This document shows, piece after piece, positions 1-7,390 of a stretch of DNA of 32,000 nucleotides. Origin of the DNA: Wolbachia endosymbiont of Drosophila innubila (lineage in GTDB: Bacteria; Pseudomonadota; Alphaproteobacteria; Rickettsiales; Anaplasmataceae); NCBI RefSeq assembly GCF_021378375.1, contig NZ_CP076228.1:390001-422000 (forward strand). Direction: 5' to 3'. A program made the translations under genes and the position numbers. How positions within the stretch are numbered: position 1 is the stretch's first letter; each line of letters opens with the position of its first letter. A model generated the notes under the pieces. It had not been told where the DNA came from and searched no databases. It was given only the letters and a program-made list of their open reading frames with translations.

Positions 1-430
1 ATATTAATATCAAAGTAACTACTGCAGAGGTTAAAAAAATCAATACTATATCACTTTGATCGAGCGTTAATATATCACCAAACAGTGAGCTAATAATACT
101 ATTATTGCCAGATGGAAGAAAAGACATAAGTATTAAACTCGATGATAAAACTACATTGGTAACAATGTTCAATATCGTATCAGCAGAATATAATCTGTTA
201 AAATTAAGAGAAAGTAGTATAGCAAATGTAATTGCAATGAGCATTATGCTAAGCGATGGGCTAATCTTAAAGATTAAAGCAAGTGCAACACCAAGCAACG
301 AAGAATGGGACAAACTATCACCAAGATAAGATAACCTTTGCCATATCATAAACGATCCTAAAGCGCCTGTTACTAGGCTAATTACAACTACTGCAACTAG
401 ACTGTTGATGAAAAAGTCCTGGGTAAGCAT
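1..430 (-). CDS. Metal (Zn/Mn-type) ABC transporter permease, ABC-3/ZnuB-like. Only the N-terminal 143 codons are in the window; the gene continues past the window start.
   Basis: The minus-strand frame has ATG at 430-428. I stepped positions 1-121 codon by codon with no stop, and a by-eye translation of the rest showed none. It is absent from the ORF track because it has no stop in the window. The translation MLTQDFFINSLVAVVVISLVTGALGSFMIWQRLSYLGDSLSHSSLLGVALALIF fits the ZnuB/MntB/TroC permease pattern (FMxxRxxxxxGDxxSHxxLLGVAL). The listed + ORF 105-329 is antisense to it. Confidence 0.7.
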   Translation of the reverse strand, partial: MLTQDFFINSLVAVVVISLVTGALGSFMIWQRLSYLGDSLSHSSLLGVALALIFKISPSLSIMLIAITFAILLSLNFNRLYSADTILNIVTNVVLSSSLILMSFLPSGNNSIISSLFGDILTLDQSDIVLIFLTSAVVTLILI

Positions 431-431
431 G

Positions 432-797
432 CTATATGGCTATTAGATAACTGACAACAAATCTATCTTCGGATATCAGAATATTATGGGTTCTGCATGC
501 AGAACCTGTTGTCATAAATTCAAAATTTAAACCTTTTTGTTCCATAAGATAGGACTTCACTGAAGAACTTAGTATATTGCGTGTTTTACCAGTACCTATT
601 AACAAAATTTCTATTTCCTCTGTTAAAAAAGATTCAAAATACTCCTTGCTGTTTATATCACTTTCTTTCAATTTTATCACCTTTTCAGGAAAAATTATAA
701 TTGAGCCGCAATATTCTTGATTGTTTACCAAAAATTTTCCTTCCCTGTAACCATTTATAAGATTTTTATTCTCGGAAATTAAGGGAGTTATATCCAT
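432..797 (-). CDS. Mth938-like (DUF498, NDUFAF3-like) domain protein
   Basis: 121-aa ORF starting at ATG 797-795. It shows the ING(Y)xxGxFxVNxxxYxGSIIIFP...LLIGTG...MTTGSACRTHNIL pattern typical of the family. It is packed tightly between ispE and the permease gene. Confidence 0.75.
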   Translation of the reverse strand: MDITPLISENKNLINGYREGKFLVNNQEYCGSIIIFPEKVIKLKESDINSKEYFESFLTEEIEILLIGTGKTRNILSSSVKSYLMEQKGLNFEFMTTGSACRTHNILISEDRFVVSYLIAI

Positions 798-800
798 AAG

Positions 801-1667
801 TCAAACTATTAATTGAGTGTTGCATACCCACCATTCTGGTTGCTTTTTTCCGATATTAACTGCAGCAGCTTTTGCATTTTCCTCACTATCGAATATTCCA
901 AAGCATGATACACCACTGCCTGACATGCGAGAAAGTATAGAGCCTTCTTGTGACTTAAGTGTTGATATCACATCCTTAATTTCAGGTACAAAGCTTATTG
1001 CTATTTCTTGAAGATCGTTTCTCGTCTCTTTAAGAAACTTCAACAAATCCTTTTCAGCGTCATCGCTCCATTTAATTGGCTCAGAAAATTTTCCTTCATG
1101 TTTGGAAAATACCTCTGGTGTACTCAAAAACCTTTTTTTCGGTTTCACAAGCACCACATTTGTAGGTAAAGAGAATTTTTTAATGTGGCATAATTCTTCG
1201 CCAATACCTCTAACAAAAACTGGCTTGCTATCTACGCTTGCGGGAACATCAGCACCAACGTTTAAGGCTATTTCATTTAAAATCGTCCTATCAATCTCCC
1301 ACAGCTTCCCTAGCGTACGTACCACAGCTCCAGCATCTGAGGATCCGCTACCAAGTCCTGCAGCAATTGGTATGTTTTTTACAACCTTTACAGTGACTTT
1401 AGTGCGTACAGGAGCATGCCTAAGCAGCAGATTAACCGCTTTCATTACAGTGTTATATTGGTTATTTATTTTAGACTCGGAGTTTATAAATTCAACTGTA
1501 GAGTTATCGTATCTAGAATCCTTCTCACCTACTTTTATTTCCAAAAAATTAGAGAGATTAGCAAAGACAAATAAACCTTCAATCAAGTGATACCCTGTTT
1601 CTTTTTTGTCTACAACATGCAAAAAAAGATTGATTTTTGCAGGCGCCTTTACACAAAAACTTTTCAT
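801..1667 (-). CDS. ispE: 4-diphosphocytidyl-2-C-methyl-D-erythritol kinase
   Basis: 288 aa. The N-terminus APAKINLFLHV and the GHMP-kinase motif PIAAGLGSGSSDAGA are present. ATG is at 1667-1665. Confidence 0.9.
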   Translation of the reverse strand: MKSFCVKAPAKINLFLHVVDKKETGYHLIEGLFVFANLSNFLEIKVGEKDSRYDNSTVEFINSESKINNQYNTVMKAVNLLLRHAPVRTKVTVKVVKNIPIAAGLGSGSSDAGAVVRTLGKLWEIDRTILNEIALNVGADVPASVDSKPVFVRGIGEELCHIKKFSLPTNVVLVKPKKRFLSTPEVFSKHEGKFSEPIKWSDDAEKDLLKFLKETRNDLQEIAISFVPEIKDVISTLKSQEGSILSRMSGSGVSCFGIFDSEENAKAAAVNIGKKQPEWWVCNTQLIV

Positions 1668-1748
1668 TATATATCTTCACTAACACTATTTTTACATTAT
1701 ATGTATAATGCTATTCTAGTCAACTTTTATAAGGTTCTCGCACTTCTG

Positions 1749-4700
1749 ATGAGATCAAATGCCATAAATCCTAATTTCTCTGTGTGGGTAAATGCGTCCG
1801 CTGGTACAGGCAAAACAAAAATCTTAATAGACAGAGTATTGAGACTTTTATTAGAAAACAAAAGAAATATTCTTTGCTTAACATTCACCAATGCTGCAGC
1901 AAACGAAATGGAGAATCGCATTCACAGCATACTCAGTAAGTGGGCAATATGTTCAGATAGTGTGTTGGCAGCAGATCTAGAACAACTAGATTTCTTTCCA
2001 ATGTCATCCCAGTGCGTGACACTGGGATCTCAGCACCCCTACTTGTCATCCCAGTGCGTGACACTGGGATCCAGAAAAAATAAAGATTATTTAACAAGAG
2101 CAAGAAGGCTTTTCTCTGAACTGGAAAATCTTGGTCTAACTATACAAACCATACACGCTTTCTGTTACAAATTAATCTCCAGCTTTCCTATAGAAGCTGG
2201 CATTGCTCCAAATTGTACGCTGAGCGAATGCAAAGAATTACATTCCATCATATTCAATAAAGTGCTTCATAACGAAACTGTGCAGGATGATATCAACCTT
2301 ATTGCAACTGAAATTGATGAAAATAAACTACGCGATTTGCTTTATACTTTATGTGTAAAAAGATCAGCGTCAGCAAATGATTCGAAATATATCAAAGATA
2401 AATTGAGCGCCCCAGATGGAATTCATGACTTACAGAGTGAAACAATTGAGCACGTGGAAAGACTAGCCGAGATATTAAGTGAAGGCAGTAAAAGAGATCA
2501 GAGTTATAGTGAAATACTTTATTCTACTGTCATCCCAGCTGGGATCCAGAAGAAAAGAACCAGCGTCACGCGCTGGAATGACACTAAAGTAGAAAACCTA
2601 GCCAAGGTCTTTTTAAAATCAGAATCGCACGAAAAAAAGAGCATATCATCCATTGCAACAAAAAGTATTTTGGAGAAATTCAAAGATGCAGAGCAAATAA
2701 TAGAGAGCGTTCAGAATGTAGTATTTACCCATATAAGAGACATGAACTCTTATCAAATATTCAAGAGAACCAGTAGCTTACTTGGTGTATTTAAAGTATA
2801 TGTTGATTTGTATAATAGTGAAAAATCAAAAAATGCACTGCTTGACTACAATGATATAATCAACTTAGCAACAAATCTTCTTAGCAATCCAAACTATAAA
2901 GATGGGATATTGTTTAACTTGGATCAAAAAATAGATCACATCCTTGTTGACGAGGCACAAGACAATAGCATCAGCCAGTGGAAAATTATAACAAATCTCT
3001 GCGATGAATTTTTTGCCGGTAATGATGAAAAGCGAACCTTATTTGTTGTTGGTGACGTAAAACAATCCATATACAGATTTCAAGGAGCAAATCCCCATCT
3101 ATTCAACTATATGCAACAATACTTTCATACGAAAACTGGTGGTAGAGATTGGATATCATGCCAACTTGAAAAGTCATTTCGCTCAACTCCAGAAGTTTTG
3201 ATGCTTGTAGATAGAATATTTAATAACTTCCGCGCAGAAATATCTTTTAATGATAATGAAATAAAACATGTTCCACATAGAGAAAATGACCAAGGATATA
3301 TTGAAATTTGGCCAGCGTTACCAAGGCGCAAAGAGAAAGAACAGCAAGCTTTACAAATTCCTCTGACATGCAGGGAAAATTATATAATAGCAGACCGATT
3401 ACTTGCTCAAACAATAGCCAACAGAATTCACAATTGGTTAAATGAAGGGCGAATTTTAGTCGCTAAAGATCGCCATATAGAGCCAAGAGACATTATGATT
3501 TTGGTACGGCAACGAAACGTATTAGTTGATTACATAATAAGCGAACTTAAAAAAGCAAACGTGCCAGTTGTAGGCCGGGATTATTTTAGAATTATGGACT
3601 ATATAGCCGTGCAGGACTTAATAGCTTTGGCCGAATTTTTACTCCTCCAGGCAAATGATTTAGCTCTTGCAAATGCTTTAAAATCACCGCTATTTAATTT
3701 CACCGAGGATGATTTATTTAACATTGCATACGACCGTAAAGAGCATTCACTATGGGAAAGAATTCAGGATTATTCTGTGGTTATCTATAGTGAATTAAAC
3801 TATCTCATTAACTTATCTCGCATAGAGTCTCCTCTTGCACTATTTACACATATATTGCGTACAGGTAAGAAGAAATTTGCTGCAAGGCTAGGTCTTGAGT
3901 GCTTTGAGGTTCTAGACGAATTTATGAACCTCGTGTTGCAATTTGAAAACCCATCTCTTCAAGCGTTTGTTCAATGGATCAAGGAGAATAATCCGGAGAT
4001 TAAGAATGATATGCAATCAGAACGCAATGCTGTGCGAATAATGACAATTCACAAATCAAAAGGTCTGCAAGCTCCCATAGTATTTTTGGTTGATACAAAC
4101 ACAGTGCCAAGAAACAGTGAAAGCATTATCTTTGATGGAACAGAAGTGCCATTTTGGTGTGGAAAAAACAACAACGCTTATTGCGATCAAGTAAAAAGAG
4201 AGAAAAAACTAGAGGATTATAATGAATATTTGCGTTTATTATACGTAGCACTCACGCGTGCTGAAGATGAGTTATACATCTTAAGTAAAGAGCCAGTGCA
4301 AAAGGGCTCTTGGTATGATCTAATCACTAAGTACGGAGAGCCATATGAAAAGAAACAAAGGGATTTACAGCCAATATTTAAAGAAAAAGTTGAAGTATTA
4401 TGCGTGAATGCAAACTACCCTTACATTTATAAAAAACGTGATTATTTTGACGTTCCGGTCATTTCCCTTCCACCAGCTTTAGCCCACTCTTCGGTGTCAT
4501 CCCAGCGCGTGACGCTGGAATCCAGTGAAAAAGAAGGAGCAGAATGGATCCCAGTGTCAGCTACTTGGATGACAGATGGTTATGCAAGAGGCCTGATTAT
4601 TCACAGCATATTGCAGTATATGCCCAAGATAGAAAAAGAAAGGAGAAAAAATTGGGTCAGAAAATACCTTGATAACATCAGCGAAGATAAGGATGAAATT

Positions 4701-5012
4701 TACAGTAAAATATTAGCCTTTAATGAAAAATATGGCTATTTGTTTGACTTGGAAGGCAAATCAGAGATTACACTGAGTGGAACAATTGATGGCAAGTCAG
4801 TATTAGTACGACTAGATAGGCTATGCATAACGCAAGATAAAGCAATCATAATTGACTACAAATCACACCGTAACGTTTCTGTTTCCTTATTAAATGAAAT
4901 AAAAAAACAGATGTTAATCTATAAAACCTTAGTACAAGAAATATATCCAAACAAGCAAGTAGAGTGCGTGGTTATTTGGGTGGAAGATTTAACCATTCAA
5001 TCTGACTTTTAA
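1749..5012 (+). CDS. addA: Double-strand break repair helicase-nuclease AddA (UvrD/Rep helicase plus RecB-type nuclease)
   Basis: Helicase motifs are NASAGTGKT (Walker A), VDEAQDNS (motif II), GDVKQSIYRFQGA and TIHKSKGLQ. The C-terminal PD-(D/E)xK nuclease motif is IIIDYKSHR. I moved the start from the ORF-track 1587 to ATG 1749 (MRSNAINPNF), because the upstream 54 codons run into the ispE start region and look non-coding. Confidence 0.85.
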   Translation: MRSNAINPNFSVWVNASAGTGKTKILIDRVLRLLLENKRNILCLTFTNAAANEMENRIHSILSKWAICSDSVLAADLEQLDFFPMSSQCVTLGSQHPYLSSQCVTLGSRKNKDYLTRARRLFSELENLGLTIQTIHAFCYKLISSFPIEAGIAPNCTLSECKELHSIIFNKVLHNETVQDDINLIATEIDENKLRDLLYTLCVKRSASANDSKYIKDKLSAPDGIHDLQSETIEHVERLAEILSEGSKRDQSYSEILYSTVIPAGIQKKRTSVTRWNDTKVENLAKVFLKSESHEKKSISSIATKSILEKFKDAEQIIESVQNVVFTHIRDMNSYQIFKRTSSLLGVFKVYVDLYNSEKSKNALLDYNDIINLATNLLSNPNYKDGILFNLDQKIDHILVDEAQDNSISQWKIITNLCDEFFAGNDEKRTLFVVGDVKQSIYRFQGANPHLFNYMQQYFHTKTGGRDWISCQLEKSFRSTPEVLMLVDRIFNNFRAEISFNDNEIKHVPHRENDQGYIEIWPALPRRKEKEQQALQIPLTCRENYIIADRLLAQTIANRIHNWLNEGRILVAKDRHIEPRDIMILVRQRNVLVDYIISELKKANVPVVGRDYFRIMDYIAVQDLIALAEFLLLQANDLALANALKSPLFNFTEDDLFNIAYDRKEHSLWERIQDYSVVIYSELNYLINLSRIESPLALFTHILRTGKKKFAARLGLECFEVLDEFMNLVLQFENPSLQAFVQWIKENNPEIKNDMQSERNAVRIMTIHKSKGLQAPIVFLVDTNTVPRNSESIIFDGTEVPFWCGKNNNAYCDQVKREKKLEDYNEYLRLLYVALTRAEDELYILSKEPVQKGSWYDLITKYGEPYEKKQRDLQPIFKEKVEVLCVNANYPYIYKKRDYFDVPVISLPPALAHSSVSSQRVTLESSEKEGAEWIPVSATWMTDGYARGLIIHSILQYMPKIEKERRKNWVRKYLDNISEDKDEIYSKILAFNEKYGYLFDLEGKSEITLSGTIDGKSVLVRLDRLCITQDKAIIIDYKSHRNVSVSLLNEIKKQMLIYKTLVQEIYPNKQVECVVIWVEDLTIQSDF
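2002..2074. repeat. Two tandem copies (42-nt period) of the palindromic hairpin element TGTCATCCCAGTGCGTGACACTGGGATC, in frame inside addA
   Basis: Copies lie at 2002-2033 and 2044-2074. The 9-bp stem is ATCCCAGTG/CACTGGGAT with a 5-nt loop. They are read through as SSQCVTLGS twice. Confidence 0.85.
2527..2584. repeat. Palindromic element (two-arm form) in frame inside addA
   Basis: The sequence is CTGTCATCCCAGCTGGGATCCAG-spacer-CAGCGTCACGCGCTGGAATGACAC. The outer GTCAT/ATGAC ends are inverted. It is translated as VIPAGIQKKRTSVTRWNDT. Confidence 0.7.
4493..4575. repeat. Palindromic element (two-arm form, about 83 bp) in frame inside addA
   Basis: The sequence is GGTGTCATCCCAGCGCGTGACGCTGGAATCCAG-spacer-TGGATCCCAGTGTCAGCTACTTGGATGACAG. 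It has the same architecture as the free-standing intergenic copy at 14155-14267. Confidence 0.7.
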
Positions 5013-5037
5013 CGAAACTTGATTGCAAGAAATAGCT

Positions 5038-5335
5038 ACTACGTCATACCACCGCGAACCGTCATACCGCCGCAGACCGTCATACCGCGATTCATTCGCG
5101 GTATCTCAGCCGCTAACACGTAGCAGAATGACAGCAGTCCTACGTCATACCGCTGCGGATAGATCCCGCTAACAAGTAGCGGGATGACGAATTACTTAAC
5201 TGTCATACCACCGCAAACCGTCATACCGCCGCGGTATCTCAGCCACTAACAAGTAGCGGGATGACAAATTACTCAACCGTTATCCTGCTGCTCCTTTCTC
5301 GTCATCCCGCTACGTGTTAGCGGGATCTCAGCATA
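5038..5335. repeat. Cluster of short palindromic hairpin repeats and half-units (GTCATACCGC-type and CCGCTA-type)
   Basis: Units include ATACCGCGATTCATTCGCGGTAT (5082-5104), ATCCCGCTAACAAGTAGCGGGAT (5163-5185) and GTCATCCCGCTACGTGTTAGCGGGATCTCAG (5301-5331). There are also tandem half-units CGTCATACCRCCGCRRAC. Confidence 0.85.
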
Positions 5336-5336
5336 G

Positions 5337-5627
5337 CTATCTTAAAGCTAAGTAATATAAGTCAATCCAGCTAGGATTCTTTTGATTGATCAAATTAATT
5401 TTCCACTGCCTTGGCCATTCTTTCAGGCGCCTTTCTCTTGCAATAGCTAAACTTATATCTTCAAACTCTTCAAAATATACAAGTTTATTTACATTATATC
5501 TTGATGTAAAACCTGAAACAATTTTGTTTTTGTGTTCCCAAATCCTCTTGATCAAATTTGCAGTTACACCAATATATAATGTGCTATTAGCTTTATTTGT
5601 AAGTATATAGATATATGATAACTTCAT
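5337..5627 (-). CDS. GIY-YIG nuclease family protein (small UPF0213-type)
   Basis: 96 aa. YIYILTN...LYIGVT...RIWEHK...LVYFEEF....A..RE..LK matches the GIY-(10-11 aa)-YIG motif, the conserved R/E and the helical tail. ATG is at 5627-5625. Confidence 0.85.
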   Translation of the reverse strand: MKLSYIYILTNKANSTLYIGVTANLIKRIWEHKNKIVSGFTSRYNVNKLVYFEEFEDISLAIARERRLKEWPRQWKINLINQKNPSWIDLYYLALR

Positions 5628-5635
5628 CTTAATCG

Positions 5636-5900
5636 TTTATAGCTAAAGTAACTGAGGTTTACCAACATTATACTACACCATCATACCACAATAAAACTTA
5701 CCGTCATGCCGCCGCAGATAGATCCCGCTAACACGTAGCGGGATGACGAGTTACTATACCGCGGCGGTATCTCAGCCGCTAACAAGCAGCGGGATGACAG
5801 CAATCTACGTCATACCGCGATTCATTCGCGGTATCTCTTAGCCGTTAACACGTAGCGGAATGACGATTGTCGGTAAATCTAAGTTACTGTAGCTATAAAG
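5636..5900. mobile_element. MITE-like composite: hairpin-repeat cluster bounded by about 34-bp imperfect inverted repeats
   Basis: The left arm TTTATAGCTAAAGTAACTGAGGTTTACCAACATT (5636-5669) matches the reverse complement of 5865-5900 (TTTATAGCTACAGTAACTTAGATTTACCGACAAT) at 29 of 34 positions by hand alignment. The interior 5678-5866 consists of hairpin units. There is no ORF. Confidence 0.55.
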
Positions 5901-5904
5901 GCTT

Positions 5905-6582
5905 TCACAACAACCTATTTTCCTTGAAACTAAAATAGCTACTGAATGTAATAATAATGTGATCTATTAATTCTATTCCTATACTTTGGCAAGCTTCTGC
6001 TAGTTGTCTAGTGAGAGATATATCGCTATTTGAAGGTTGTGTATCTCCGCTTGGATGATTGTGAGATATTACAATGGATGTTGAACCAATCAAAAGTGCG
6101 CGCTTGATGATCTCTCTGACATAAAGAGGAGTTTGATCTACTGTACCAATATTTTGCAAGTCTTCCGCTATTAGACGATACTTTTTATTCATATAGATGA
6201 CACGAAAATTTTCCTTATTGAGGCTTCCTATACTTATTCTTAAATAATCAAGCAATTTTTCCCAGTTATCGATTACAGGCAGGTTTTTTATTTCTTCTCT
6301 TGCAGAACGAACAAAGGCTTGTTTTACACAAAAGATGGCAGATATCGCTGCATTGCTGACATCATCAACGTTTTGCAGCGCTTCCAGGTCAGCATTAAAA
6401 ACTTTATTTAAGCTGCCAAAACTTTCTATCAAACTCTTTGCCACCGGTTTTACATCAATTCTACTATATGCTGAATATAAAATGTGCTCTAAAACTTCAT
6501 AATCAAGTAATGATTGTCCATTATCTAAAATAATTTTCTCTCTTAGGCGCTTTCTATGCCCCTTTTTGTAATTTTTCATCAT
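5905..6582 (-). CDS. radC: RadC-like JAB/MPN domain protein (UPF0758)
   Basis: The N-terminus GHRKRLREK, a helix-hairpin-helix-like region and the JAMM motif SHNHPSGDTQPSNSD are present. The ATG at 6582 is preferred over the TTG at 6585 used by the ORF track. Confidence 0.85.
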   Translation of the reverse strand: MMKNYKKGHRKRLREKIILDNGQSLLDYEVLEHILYSAYSRIDVKPVAKSLIESFGSLNKVFNADLEALQNVDDVSNAAISAIFCVKQAFVRSAREEIKNLPVIDNWEKLLDYLRISIGSLNKENFRVIYMNKKYRLIAEDLQNIGTVDQTPLYVREIIKRALLIGSTSIVISHNHPSGDTQPSNSDISLTRQLAEACQSIGIELIDHIIITFSSYFSFKENRLL

Positions 6583-6714
6583 CAATGAATTGCTTATCTC
6601 TTGTATAATAAGAAATTAGATTTTTAAGTAAAATATTTAATAAGGCGCATGACGCACAATTGTAAGAACATTCATTTTTAAAGACAGCAAATGGTGTCAT
6701 GAAAGTAGCTGACG

Positions 6715-6957
6715 CGAGCTCTACGTCATACCGCCGCAGACCATCATACCGCCGCAGACCGTCATACCGCGATTCATTCGCGGTATCTCATCCGCTAACA
6801 AGAGATCCCGCTAACAAGTAGCGGGATGACGAATTACTTAACCGTCATGCCACCGTGAACCGTCATACCGCGATTCATTCGCGGTATCTCTAGGTCCCGC
6901 TAACAAGTAGCGGGATACTTGATCTTTACAGGGATGACGGTTGTCGTTTAGCTACAA
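6715..6957. repeat. Cluster of palindromic hairpin repeats (same families as 5038-5335)
   Basis: ATACCGCGATTCATTCGCGGTAT occurs at 6764-6786 and 6866-6888. CCCGCTAACAAGTAGCGGGAT occurs twice. It ends in a truncated copy of the right-arm IR (TTGTCG..TTTAGCTACAAA). Confidence 0.85.
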
Positions 6958-7390
6958 ACATTAAAAAATTTACCAAATGAAAAAAAAGGCAAAAGAAACC
7001 CTAGTCATTGTCTATTTTCAGTATTGGCGTTTTTAAGTCTTAAACACTGCAATTTAGCTGCTTTTGAATGCAACTAACCTACGCTGCAAATGTTTAAGAA
7101 ATTTACTAAGCAGAAAAAAAGGCAAAAGAAACCCCGTGTTAGCTAGTTGTCACTCTCTAATCCTGCAAATTGGCGTACTATACTGTCTTAAACGACTTAT
7201 AAGCGCGTTTCAGCTTATATAGGTAAAAACCCAGAAATGTTGTGAAGACATAAGGTGCACATAGTGCAAAAAATTAAAAATAAGACGCCAACTACGTTGT
7301 TTTCTTGCTGTTTAATCTGCACAGATGAAGATAACTGAATACCTTCAATACCATGATAAGGGGGCTGGCGAAGGGTGTCAAGTAGTTTTT
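6958..7390. repeat. Copy 1 of a roughly 430-460 bp non-coding module, which itself contains an internal tandem sub-repeat
   Basis: It is collinear with 14277-14735 in the same orientation, matching at roughly three quarters of positions by eye. The sub-repeat starts TTAARAAATTTACYAA....AAAAAGGCAAAAGAARCCC at 6961 and 7094. Confidence 0.8.
7353..7381 (-). promoter_or_regulatory. Sigma70-like promoter TTGACA-N17-TATCAT at the end of module copy 1, reading toward lower coordinates
   Basis: On the minus strand, TTGACA is at 7381-7376 and TATCAT at 7358-7353, with a 17-nt spacer. Both hexamers and the spacing are identical in copy 2 although the spacer sequence differs. Confidence 0.4.

Noticed and set aside
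105-329. 74-aa plus-strand ORF from the ORF track
   Set aside because: It lies entirely antisense to a much better supported minus-strand ZnuB-like permease frame (1-430) and has no recognisable motifs.
817-1590. Plus-strand ORFs 817-1011 and 1102-1590
   Set aside because: They are antisense shadows inside ispE, with low-complexity S/T/F-rich translations and no start context.
1587-1748. 54-codon N-terminal extension of addA, as listed in the ORF track
   Set aside because: It overlaps the ispE start and the divergent promoter region, is hydrophobic nonsense-like (MIPCFFFVYN), and the conserved AddA N-terminus begins right after ATG 1749.
5038-6957. Possible CRISPR array, given the many short palindromic repeats
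   Set aside because: The units have irregular spacing, occur in both orientations, belong to several sequence types, are interrupted by genes, and are also found inside coding regions. There are no cas genes, and no uniform repeat-spacer periodicity.
7215-7262. Micro-ORF in the module (MCTLCLHNISGFLPI, against MCTLCLYQISGF in copy 2)
   Set aside because: The two copies share the first six codons and show two synonymous changes. However, there is no Shine-Dalgarno sequence, the lengths differ through an early stop, and the evidence is too thin to call a peptide gene.
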